Under the pieces are notes generated by a model. The model did not search any database. It was not told the DNA's origin and was given only the letters and a program-made list of their open reading frames with translations. 64,000 nt of DNA from Octopus vulgaris (taxonomy: Eukaryota): assembly GCA_951406725.2 (NCBI GenBank), contig OX597835.1, forward strand, positions 40,238,001 to 40,302,000, read 5' to 3'. The position numbers were made by a program, and so were the translations under genes. This document shows positions 27,147 through 38,643 of this stretch, piece after piece. Numbering within the stretch: position 1 is the stretch's first letter; every line of letters begins with the position of its first letter.

Positions 27147-27848
27147 TGTAAAATGCACCCAGAACACTTTGTAAAATGGTTAGCATTAGGAAGGACATCA
27201 AGCAGTAGAAACAATACGAAAACAATGGAGCCTTGTGTGGCTCTTGGCCTTGCCAGCTCTTGTCAAAGTGACCAACCCATGTCAGCATGGACAACAAATG
27301 TTAAATGATGATGATGTGTGTGTGGAGTATTCTCGGATTATCAAGCTCAAAGAATTCCATGATAAATATTTGAGTTTTAATAAGTTTAATCCATAGCCAT
27401 AGTTCCAACAAAATATATTTTGGTTCCACCAAAGCCTTATCATGTGTGTGTGTGTGTGCATGCATACCGATTTCTTTACTACTCACAAGGGGTAAACACA
27501 GAGAGGACAAATGGATTAAGTCGATTATATCGACCCCAGTGCGTAACTGGTACTTATTTAATCGACCCCGTAAGGATGAAAGGCAAAGTCGACCTCGGCG
27601 GAATTTGAGCTCAGAACGTAACGGCAGACGAAATACGGCTACGCATTTCGCCCGGCGTGCTAACGATTCTGCCAGCTTGCTGCCTGGGTGTGCATGCATA
27701 CCTATCTGTATTATTTAACACACACACACGTGCATACACATATGTTTTCAACATGTATATATAATGAAAGACATGCATTAAGAGAGAGGCAGACTAACAA
27801 ACAGACAGATGGACAGAGAAAGATAAGCAAGAATGGGTCTGAACTTAC

Positions 27849-27976
27849 CCTAACAAACTTTTGGGTTGTAAAATTGTTGGCTTTGTCTTGTAGAAAGAGA
27901 GGATTGAACCATTCAAAGAGAGAATGGTACAAACCAAAATGGATTGGAGTCTTCTTGATGGCAGCTGCAAGTTCAC
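27849..27976 (-). CDS. FUCA: Alpha-L-fucosidase exon 3
   Basis: Acceptor TCAG|GT; encodes [42 protein letters not shown]; donor |GTAAGT. Confidence 0.95.
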
Positions 27977-28071
27977 CTGAAGGATGAGGGACAGAAAAAG
28001 AAGTCACCTTTAATTGTTTTGTTAGGTAGTGGTGGTGGTTGTGGGGTGTAAGGAGTGATAGGAATAAAAAA

Positions 28072-28680
28072 GGCAGCGAGCTGGCAGAAGCGTTAGCATG
28101 CTGGGAGAAACGCTTATCGGTATTTCGTCTGCCGTTATGTTCTGAGTTCAAATTCCGCCGAGGTCAACTTTGCCTTTCATCCTTTTGGGGTCAATTAAAT
28201 AAGTACCAGTTACGCACTGGGGTCGATATAATCGACTTAATCCTTTTGTCTGTCCTTGTTTGTCCCCTCTCTGTTTAGCCCCTTGCGGGTAGTAAAGAAA
28301 TAGGTATTTCGTCTGTCGTTACGTTCTGAGTTCAAATTCCGCCGAGGTTAACTTTGCCTTTCATCCTTTTGGGATCGATTAGATAAGTACCAGTTATGCA
28401 CTGGGGTCGATATAATCGACTTAATCCGTTTGTCTGTCCTTGTTTGTCCTCTCTGTGTTTAGCCCCTTGTGGGCAGTAAAGAAATAGGTATTTTGTCTGC
28501 CGTTATGTTCTGAGTTCAAATTCCACCAAGGTCGACTTTGCCTTTCATCCTTTCAGGGTCGATAAATTAAAGTACCAGTTACGCACTGGGGTTGATGTAA
28601 TCGACTTAATCCCTTTTGTCTGTCCTTGTTTGTCCCCTCTCTGTTTAGCCCCTTGTGGGCAATAAAGAAATAAGAAATAA
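28072..28680 (+). mobile_element. SINE family D with triplicated body. Other copies 27470-27685(-), 29490-29720(-), 37335-37565(-), 37867-38085(-), 57280-57445, about 59706-59910
   Basis: GAGCTGGCAGAA..TTCTGAGTTCAAATTCCGCCGAGGTC..GTACCAGTTACGCACTGGGGTCGA; the body of about 192 bp is repeated three times here. Confidence 0.85.
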
Positions 28681-28845
28681 ATATGCCAGTGTGAGCATGA
28701 AGAATATACCAATGGGAGTGAGGAATGGGGAGAGTGAAGGGGAATGATGATGATGATGATCATCATCATCATCATCATCATCATCACGACGATGAGGCGG
28801 AGGCAGAGGGTAGAATTGAAGATTTTCAGGAAAATATAAACTAAC

Positions 28846-28952
28846 CAACAAGGTCTCGTTTTGGGCCCACAGCTTTTGAGTTCCAATTCCAGGAGTATTT
28901 AGATGGCCAGTTGGTGAATCCTTCATGGTGTTTGCTTGTTAGAACAACATAC
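28846..28952 (-). CDS. FUCA: Alpha-L-fucosidase exon 2
   Basis: Acceptor TTAG|G; encodes [35 protein letters not shown]; donor G|GTTAG. Confidence 0.95.
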
Positions 28953-31699
28953 CTAACGAAAGAATTTAGAAAAAAATAATTAATTAACCCTTAAACAGCA
29001 GGAAAGAGTTGCATGAAGGTGTGTGCCAAACGAGCAAAAAACAAACAAAAAAATCTCTTTTTCAAAAATTACATAGAAATTATCCAATTACTTCACAAAA
29101 TCAATCATTTCATCTTACCATTATTCCTGAATGTGACTATTGTCTTTTAATTATTACTATTAATTGCCATATTTAAATAGACCTTAACATTATAACTAAT
29201 AGGTGTAATTTTTAAAAAATAAGCATTTGGCAACATTTAGCCTGCTTCTGCTACACAGAGAGAGTGCTTGCTTCACTGTAGCTTTGGTCAGCTGCAAGCA
29301 GTGAAGAGAGAAAGATACACTTTACAAGGTTGCTCAGGTTAAAATGCATCCGTTTTATATCTAAGTTATTTCTTCATGCCTTTTTTAGTGAGTATATATA
29401 CTACATATATTGTTTTATTGTATCATATACTACATTTCAATGCATTTTTAATGATATTATCTATACATTTAGATGGTAAATCAAATATATATTTCATTAC
29501 TACCCACAAGGGGCTAAACATAGAGGGGACAAACAAGGACAGACAAAGGGATTAAGTCGATTACATCGACCCAGTGTGAAACTGGTACTTTATTTATCAA
29601 TCCCGAGAGGATGAAAGGCAAAGTCGACCTCGGCGGAATTTGAACTCGGAACGTAACGGCAGATGAAATACGGCTACGCATTTCGTCCGGCTTGCTAACG
29701 TTTCTGCCAGCTCCCCGCCTTAAATCAAATATATGCAGTTAAAAATGTCCCTTACACATTTCCTTACAGACCTCCACATCATTTAGATCAGGGATGTCTT
29801 CTAGAAGTTGTGAAGCAAGCCCAGATAGCTTTTGTTGCATTTGTGGTGAATTTATGACTAAGAAATGTCAGAGAAACCTTACCAAATTTGTCAAAATATC
29901 TTACTATGCCTATTTTGATGTGTAAGATAAGAAGTGAGTGCCTCAATAAGTCCTCCTCAGATTGTGTTCAAGAACTGCGACAATGGACAAAATATACAAA
30001 GAAGTCTTTTTGTTTTGAGGTTTCAGGGATGACTGCTACTTTTGGTTATGTAAGGTACAGGAACACAGTTTTGAAGAGTGTAAAAAACAGTGTTTATCCA
30101 AATCTCCCATGTGAGAAGACCTTAGGTCATGGGAAAGGGCTTTTTCCATATTTCAAATGAGCACCACAAAAATTTATAAAGTAACATACAATTATCAAAA
30201 CAATTTCCAGAAAGTTCCATTTTGCCAAACCTGTGTTATTGTTAGTCACATGCACAATTAAATTTACAATTTCAAGACCTGTTGTACTTGTGAAGACCTG
30301 TTGAGGCAAGTGAAAATCAAAATCAAAATCAAAATCGATCAACATCAATGGAAATTGTAGCTGTGATACCAGTGCCGATGGCATGTAAGAGAACCATCCG
30401 AACACGGCCATTGCCAGCGCCACCCCGACTGGCCTCCGTGCCGGTGGCACGTAAAATGCACCATCCGATTGTGGCTGTTGCCAGCCTTGTCTGGCCCCGT
30501 GCCGGTGGCACATAAAAAGCACCATCCGATCGTGGGCGTTTGCCAGCCTCGTCTGGCACCTGTGCAGGTGGCACGTAAAAAGCACCCACTACATTCACGG
30601 AGTGGTTGGCGTTAGGAAGGGCATCCAGCTGTAGAAACACTGCCAGATCAGACTGGGCCTGGTGCAGCCTTCTGGCTTCCCAGACCCCAGTTGCACCGTC
30701 CAACCCATGCTAGCATGGAAAACGGACGTTAAACGATGATGATGATGATGATGATTATTGAAAAGTGCCATAAAATATTGACTTTCTTTTGATGAGTGCT
30801 GAAACCATGCAAAATTTTTGAAAAATCAATTGATGTCTGTTATTTAAGAGTTAATCAATAAATTAATTAATTATCTTCTTTTCATTGTTTCAGCCACTCA
30901 CTGAACTACGACCATGCTGGAACACTGCCTTGAAGTGTTTAATCAACTCCAGTAATTATTTTCCTTTTTAAATCAGGTACTTATTCTTTCAGTCTCTTTT
31001 GCCAAACTGCTAAGTTATGGGGATGCAAATAAACCAACACCAGTTGTCAAGTGGTGAGGGGGGCAAACATGTTCGTTTCTCTTTTTGCCATCTGTGATTT
31101 TATCTTTGATCTTCTATATAAATGAAGATAGAACACTGATTTTTTTTCACCACCCCTTCCTTTGTTATTCATCCATCACCCCTTCCTTTCTCTCACTCCC
31201 TCTCAGTCAGGGCTATTACTCTCACTACTTCTCCTTCACTGAATTGCTTTTCTCTCTACAAAACTGAAAGTTACATTGCAGAACAGTCATTTTAACGAGT
31301 TATATTTATCTATCACCCGATGAGATCCATCTGCACCACACCGGATGCTCCTGAACCAGTTGTTGAATGTCCGACCCAAGACGAATCGATGCTAGATGTG
31401 TCGAAACAATTGTCATGATTAACAATAAATTCTCATATATTCCATCTTCTGTCTTTCATTTGCTATATATATATATATATATATATACTCTTTTACTCTT
31501 TTACTTGTTTCAGTCATTTGACAGTGGCCATGCTGGAGCACCACCTTTAGTCGAGCAAATCGACCCCAGGACTTATTCTTTGTAAGCCTAGTACTTATTC
31601 TATCGTTCTCTTTTGTCGAACCACTATGTTATGGGGACATAAAAACAGCAGCATTGGTTGTTAAGCAATGTTGGGGGGACAAACACATACATATATATA

Positions 31700-32641
31700 C
31701 ATGTATGACGCGTGTGTACGAACAGCCATGCTACATGACAGTGAAACATGGGCCGTGACTGCTGAGGATATGCGTAAGCTCACAAGAAATGAAGCCAGTA
31801 TGCTCCGATGGATGTGCAATGTCAGTGTTCATACTCAACAGAGTGTAAGTACTTTGAGAGAAAAGCTGGACCTAAGAAGCATCAGATGTGGTGTGCAAGA
31901 GAGACGTTTGTGCTGGTATGGTCATGTGGTGAGAATGGATGAAGATAGTTGTGTGAAAAAGTGCCACACCCTAGCGGTTGAGGGAACCTGTGGAAGAGGC
32001 AGACCCAGGAAAACCTGGGACGAGGTGGTGAAGCACGACCTTCGAACTTTAGGTCTCACTGAGGAAATGACTAGAGACCGAGACCTCTGGAAGTATGCTG
32101 TGCGTGAGAAGACCCGGCAGGACAAGTGAGACCATAACCAGTGGCCTTCTACACGGGATGTAGCCAGTCCATTTATGCATACCTTCCCTTCTTGGGACAC
32201 AAAACTCTACTTGTGAAGACCTGTTGAGGCAAGTGAGAATCAGAATTGAAATCGATCAATGGAAATTGCAGCTGAGATACCAGTGCCGGTGGCATGTAAG
32301 AGAACCATCCGAACGTGGCCGTTGCCAGTGCCGCCCCGACTGGCCTCATGTCGGTGGCACGTAAAAAGCACCATCCGTTCGTGGCCGTTACCAGCCTCGC
32401 CTGGCCCCCGTGCCGGTGGAACATAAAAAGCACCATCCGATCGTGGCCGTTTGCCAGACTCGTCTGGCACCTGTGCCAGTGGCACGTAAAAAGCACCCAC
32501 TACACTCATAGAGTGGTTGGCTTTAGGATGGACATCCAGCCGTAGAAACATTGCCAGATCATACTGGGCCCGGTGCAGCCTTTTGGCTTCCCAGACCTCA
32601 GTTGAACCGTCCATGGGAAGTGGACGCTAAACGATGATGAT
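31700..32641 (+). mobile_element. RTE (BovB-like) LINE 3' end with 3'UTR, inserted into a family A SINE
   Basis: YDACVRTAMLHDSETW..RRLCWYGHVVRMDED..GRGRPRKTWDEVV; (GAT)n tail; SINE halves at 31487-31700 and 32642-32800. Confidence 0.9.
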
Positions 32642-32825
32642 ATACGACAGGCTTCTTTCAGTTTCCATCTACCAAATCCACTCACAAGGCTTTGGTCAGC
32701 CTGAGGCTATAGTAGAAGACACTTGTCTAAGGTGCCATGCAGTGGGACTCAACTCGGAACCATGTGGTTGGTAAGCAAGCTACTTACCACACAGCCACTC
32801 GTGTGCCATATATATATTTGCTATG

Positions 32826-32889
<64 letters not shown>

Positions 32890-33480
32890 GATATATATAT
32901 ATATATATAACTCCAAGAAATGTTAGGAGTTGTGAATCCAACCCACTAAGGGATAATATCTATCCAATATACTGTTGGTATAATACCCAATTATTAATAC
33001 ACAAGTGTTTTTTTTTTTATTGCATTGCAATTACATTACTAAGTGTACTAAATGGGTGAAGGCAAAGAGATATTTTACCATTAATTTATATTGCAAATAA
33101 GAAATGGAAGAGAACAATAGTTGGATCATCAACTTTAAGACATTAAAAATGTTAACTTATTTATTTATTAAACTGATAATTATATTAAACTAACATACAT
33201 ATAGCATATTATTCTATGCATAGGTGCAGGAGTGGCTGTGTGATAAGTAGCTTGTTACCAACCACATGGTTCTGGGTTCAGTCCCACTGCGTGGCACCTC
33301 GGGAAAGTGTCTTCTACTATAGCCTCGGGCCGACCAAAGCCTTATGAGTGGATTTGGTAGAAGGAAACAGAGAGAAGCCTGTCGTGTATATGTATATACA
33401 TATATGTATATATACTGCTCTGTAATGTAAGCGGGACCAGCCATCTGAATGTGGCTAGGGACAGGGCGGGGTGGTGGGGG

Positions 33481-33600
33481 TGTTACTGATGCATTTAGCC
33501 CCAGGTGACTATAGACGTCACCAGGAGAGCCGACACCATCACGGTTGGTGTCGGCTCTTCTGGTGACGTCTATAGTCGCCTGGGGCTAAATGCATCAGTA

Positions 33601-33603
<3 letters not shown>
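33481..33603. repeat. Near-perfect hairpin with arms of about 58 bp
   Basis: TGTTACTGATGCATTTAGCCCCAGG..CGACACCA / TGGTGTCG..CCTGGGGCTAAATGCATCAGTAACA. Confidence 0.95.
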
Positions 33604-33640
<37 letters not shown>

Positions 33641-34533
33641 CCTGGTGCAGCCCCTGGCTTCCCAGACCCCGATGATGATGATGATGATGATGATATATAT
33701 GTGTGCGTGTTTGTGTGTCTGTGTTTGTCCTCCCAACATCGCTTGACAACCGATGCCGGTGTGTTCATGTTCCCGTAACTTAACAGTTCGGCAAAAGTGA
33801 CCGATAGAATAAGTACTAGGCTTACAAAGAATAAGTCCTGGGGTCGATTTGCTCGACTAAAGGCGGTGCTCCAGCATGACCGCAGTCAAATGACTGAAAC
33901 AAGTAAAAGAGTAAAGAGTATTTAAGATAAGGATACCAGTAATTATTAAAAAGCACGAATATAAATTGGTAAAACAACTTATAGCTGTTTATTTTATTAT
34001 ATACGAGGGGTGAGACAGGGGAAAGGGTATCTTTCAAAGTTAGCGTAAAAGTGAGACAGAGAGAGAGCGATTGGATCGGGGAACTTCTTTTAAAGTTGGC
34101 ATTCCGTCTGTGTGTCTGTGTGTCTACAATTTCGTTCCTGCTGCTAACTTTTTCTTTCCCTCGTTTTATCTGTTTTATGTTTGTTGGCGATTTCATGATC
34201 AGATTCATAGATACGTTTTTATTCATTTATTTTTCGTTTATATTGTTTGTTTTGAAATGTATTATATAAATAAATACAGGCCCCTAATCCAATTCTTGTT
34301 TGCGTGAACCAGGAAGCCCTTGGATGCAGAGGCGTTTGGAACTTGGAATCTTTCATTTTAGTTTCGTTTTGCACACACAGGCCTGTACACACAAACACAC
34401 ACACATACACAGGCACAAGCATAAACACACACACGCACATCAGTTCTTCCGATTCACGCCAAGTTCAACTTCCCTCATACAATCGCGCTCTCTCTGTCTC
34501 TTTCACTTTCACGCCGACTTCCAAAGACCCCCA

Positions 34534-34980
34534 GGTACTACTTAAGAAGAATGGTCCCGGTGCGCGCACTCGCGCATCCGCACTAGCTAGTCGTGACTAG
34601 TCGATCCTACAACGACTACCTAGCAAAGTAAATAAAACACAAAATAGATAATTTTTTGGGATCTTTTCCTTTTGAACGGCAGACAATTTCTAGTTAACTA
34701 AACACTTTAAAACTTCGTATACTGGTAGAATGTGTCAAAATAAAACATTTTTTTATCTTGGCTTTATTGATAAAATTGTAATTCATTTGTTTAACGTAGT
34801 TTAATTTTTCGAATTTTAACCAATCCTATGCTCTACTGCCGTTCAAAAGGAAAAGATCCAATTTTTTTAAACAAAGTAAATAAAACACAAAACACAAAGG
34901 ATCGACTAGTCACGACTAGCTAGCACAGATGCGCGAGTACGCGAGTGTGCGCACCGGGACCACTCTTCTTAAGTAGTACC
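34534..34980. mobile_element. Long-TIR MITE containing a nested GGATC-family MITE (34659-34859)
   Basis: TIRs of about 75-80 bp, GGTACTACTTAAGAAGA..CTAGTCGATCCT and its reverse complement; imperfect TSD AAGACCCCCA/AAGATCCCA. Confidence 0.8.
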
Positions 34981-35263
34981 AAGATCCCATTTCCTCCCAA
35001 CCCTTTACGAAACAACGATAAGAATTTTCTACGAAAATCCACGATCACCTTCACAAATGTAAATAAACACACGTGGTTTGGAACTAGCAGTCGTGTGTTC
35101 TTGTAACGAAAGCTCGCCAGAGGGCTGGGGGTTCATTTTGCGAATAACTGGGGCAAATATCATACTTGTGTTAGATCAGGAGAATAAACAAGAACAGCAG
35201 CAACAACAACAACAACAACATTCAACAAGTGAAACAAAAAATAAAACAAAAATAAACAACAAC

Positions 35264-35691
35264 CTGGCACCGGATTTGGTAAATATTTCTGCCCACTGGT
35301 TTGGGTTGAAGAACTCTGTGGTGAACATCGGAGCAAAATCCTGGTAGGTGAAGTCTGGCCTATAATTGTCCTTCATAAATTTCACAAATCTTGGGGACCG
35401 AACCCCATCAAGATACCACCAGAACCACTCAGAGCCAAAACTGGGCACAGAAAACACACCCCAATGTAGGAAGATGCCGATTTTGGCCTCGTCGTACCAT
35501 TTTGGTATGGGACGTGTGTCAAGAGATTTCCAATCGGGTTTGTACGGACCGCTAGAGATGCCTGTCCGAAATGCTGTAACGTCCCAGGATAAACTTGTTG
35601 AAGACAGTAAAAGAACCAGGAATAGTGTCGACGAAGGCCACCAAACAGACACATTTAACTCCGAAACCATCTTCTTTGTAATGGCTTGCAT
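35264..35691 (-). CDS. FUCA: Alpha-L-fucosidase exon 1 (signal peptide and N-terminus)
   Basis: [77 protein letters not shown]; phase-2 donor AG|GTTGTT. The true start could be the second Met, 7 codons later. Confidence 0.95.
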
Positions 35692-36214
35692 TCAATATCA
35701 ATGTTTTTTTTAGTCCAAGCCTATCTGACCTTAATTTGCTCACTCGCTCGCTGAACCACTGCACTTACCACCACTCCCGTGAGAAATACTGTTACCATCA
35801 CTACTACTACTTTGTATTTATATACTATGTATTTCTATCATTGCTACTACTGCTGGTACAATCTTTACAATTATTCTGTTGTGTCTGGGGAGAGTCATTT
35901 TCTTTTTGTGCTTTATAATGTAACACACTCACCGGTAAAATTTCCACTTATTTCTTATTTCTATTGTCCTAAAGTTTTCATTGCGTCTTGCAACCTTTAC
36001 CGGTGAGTGTGTTACATAATAAGGCACAAAAAGAAAATGACTCTCCCCAGTCACAACAGAATATGCTTCAACACACGAATTCATATAAAGAATCTGGCAA
36101 ACCAAATCCAAAAACGAAATTTACAATTATTGTTTTTCTAAAACGGGTTCAAGGCCTAAAATATGGGTGGGGTGTATATAATTAAATCAACTCCTGTACT
36201 TGACTGCCACTTTA

Positions 36215-36631
36215 GGATCTTTTCGGTTTGAGCGACAGTTTTTTCTAGCGGTGTCATATGAAATTGTCACCCATAATTATGACCCTAGTATCGATCTATT
36301 GCATTTCTATCTGTTTTAGGGTTAGGGTTAGGGGTGGGGGGAAGGGTATGTTTTTTTTCTTCACAAATGTAAATAAACCCAATCAGTTTCTTAAACGAGG
36401 GACATATTCATACGGCACAGAATGTTTTCACCTCAATAGACGTCATTGATTGGTTGAAATTGCAGAAATTGAAGAAGAAAAACAACAAATATCTTACAAA
36501 CTATAGAATTTTCTCAAGAAAGGCAAGAAAAAAGATGTTTTATAAACACATTCTACCAGTATACGAAGTTTAAAAGTGTTTAATTATGTGGAAATTATTT
36601 TAAAAAGCTGCCGCTCAAACCGAAAAGATCC
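36215..36631. mobile_element. GGATC-family MITE flanked by a 179-bp direct duplication
   Basis: TIRs intact; 36036-36214 is repeated at 36632-36810. Confidence 0.92.
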
Positions 36632-38369
36632 AATGACTTTCCCCAGAAACAACAGAATATGCTTCAACACACGAACTCATATAAAGAATCTGGCAAACCA
36701 AATCCAAAAACGAAATTTACAATTATTGTTTTTCTAAAACGGGTACAAGGCCTAAAATATGGATGGGGTGTATATAATTGAATCAACTCCTGTACTTGAC
36801 TGCCACTTTATTTTAACACCAGCCCCCACCATTTGAGATATGAAAGGCAAAGTTGACCAGAGCGAATTTTGAACTCAGAATATAAAGACCTGCAAGAAAT
36901 GCCACATAGCATTTTCTCCGGTATACTCTTTTACTTGTTTCAGTCATTTGACTGCGGCCATGCTGGAGCACCGCCTTTAGTCAAGCAAATCGACCCTGGG
37001 ACTTATTCTTTGTAAGCCCAGTACTTATTCTATCAGTCTCTTTTGCCGAACCGCTAAGTTACGGGGACATAAACACACCAGCATCGGTTGTCAAGCGATG
37101 TTGGGGGACAAACACAGACACACAAACACATATATATATATATATATACATACATATATATGACAGGCTTCTTTCAGTTTCCGTCTACCAAATCCACTCA
37201 CAAGGCATTGGTCGGCCCAGGGCTATAGCAGAAGACACTTGCCCAAGATGCCACGCAGTGGCACTGAACCCGGAACCATGTGGTTGGTAAGCAAGCTACT
37301 TACCACACAGCCACTCCTGTGCCTAACGATTCTTATTTCTTTATTGCCCACAAGGGGCTAAACATAGAGGGGACAAACAAGGACAGACAAACGGATTAAG
37401 TCGATTATATCGACCCCAGTGCGTAACTGGTACTTATTTCATCGACCCCGAAAGGATGAAAGGCAAAGTCGACCTCGGCGGAATTTGAACTTAGAATGTA
37501 GTGGCAGACGAAATACCGCTAAGCATTTTGCCCCGCGTGCTAACGATTCTGCCAGCTCACTGCCTTCACTTTCTGACAGGTTTACGGTTGAGCCTGTGGC
37601 AGTGAAGACCTCCAAGAATCCCTGCTTACTGCTATTGGGACAGAGATGGCTGTCTGCAAGTGGGAGCCCCATGCATCAGGGTGTATATTCCAGTGCATTT
37701 CCCTCACCATCTTCCATGGCAATGCCTTTTCCAGTTTGTCTGTTGGGACTACAAGACAGTCTGAATTGCAAGAAATTGAGTGAAATAAGAATTTTATAGT
37801 TTACTACACAATAAATTCATACAATCCCTTTTAAGAAAAAAAGAGAAGTTTAGGTACCTTATATATATTTCTTTACTGCCCAGAAGGGGCTAAACATAGA
37901 GGGGACAAACAAGGACAGACAAAGGAATTGAGTCGATTATATCTCCCCCAGTGCGAAACTGGTACTTTATTTATCGACCCCGAAAGGATGAAAGGCAAAG
38001 TCGACCTCGACAGAATTTGAACTCAGAACGTAACGACAGACGAAATACCGCTAAGCATTCCGCCCAGCGTGCTAACGAGTCTGCAGCATTGCGAAACTAC
38101 ATCAAAACAAAATTTTTTGAAGATAACCTGGTGAAAATTTGTAAAACTTCACCTCCTCCCTAATCCATGCCTATTTCCTTTCTTCACTCTTATTCAATTC
38201 CTGTCTCTAAATCATCTGTCACACTATTTTCATTCTAGTATACTTATCTACTCACCCACCTTTTCTGTTTTTCTATGTAATTCTGTCTCTCTCTCTCTCT
38301 CTCATATTCACCTTGTAACTTGGCCCACATCTCTCTCTCTTTCTCTCACCAACTGGGAAATCCATAGCA

Positions 38370-38643
38370 GTCCTTCTGTCAGAGTAGTCCCTCTATCACA
38401 GCCGTCCCTCTATCACAGCCGTCCATCTATCACAGCAGTCGTTCTATCATAGCTGTACCTCTATCACAGCAGTCATTCTATCACAGCAGTCCCTCTATCA
38501 TAGTAGTCCTTCTATCATAGCCATCACTCTATCGGAGCAGTCGCTCTGACATAGCGGTCTCTCTACCATAGCCATCCCTCTATCATAGCTGTCCCTCTTC
38601 CTCTAGCAGAGCCATTTCTTTATCACAGTTATCCCTCTATCAT
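38370..38643. repeat. Degenerate 17-bp tandem repeat, about 15 units
   Basis: Consensus GTCCCTCTATCACAGCA. Confidence 0.85.

Larger units (their letters stand above)
11947..35691 (-). other. FUCA: Complete alpha-L-fucosidase gene (GH29, FUCA1/FUCA2-like), 8 coding exons, 484 aa
   Basis: Exons joined by hand: 428+107+128+134+98+133+171+256=1455 nt, in frame, all introns GT..AG. GH29 motifs present: [49 protein letters not shown]. Confidence 0.96.

Noticed and set aside
35176-35263. Poly-Cys C-terminal extension of the exon 1 ORF
   Set aside because: Read-through into intron 1 past the GT donor at 35263.
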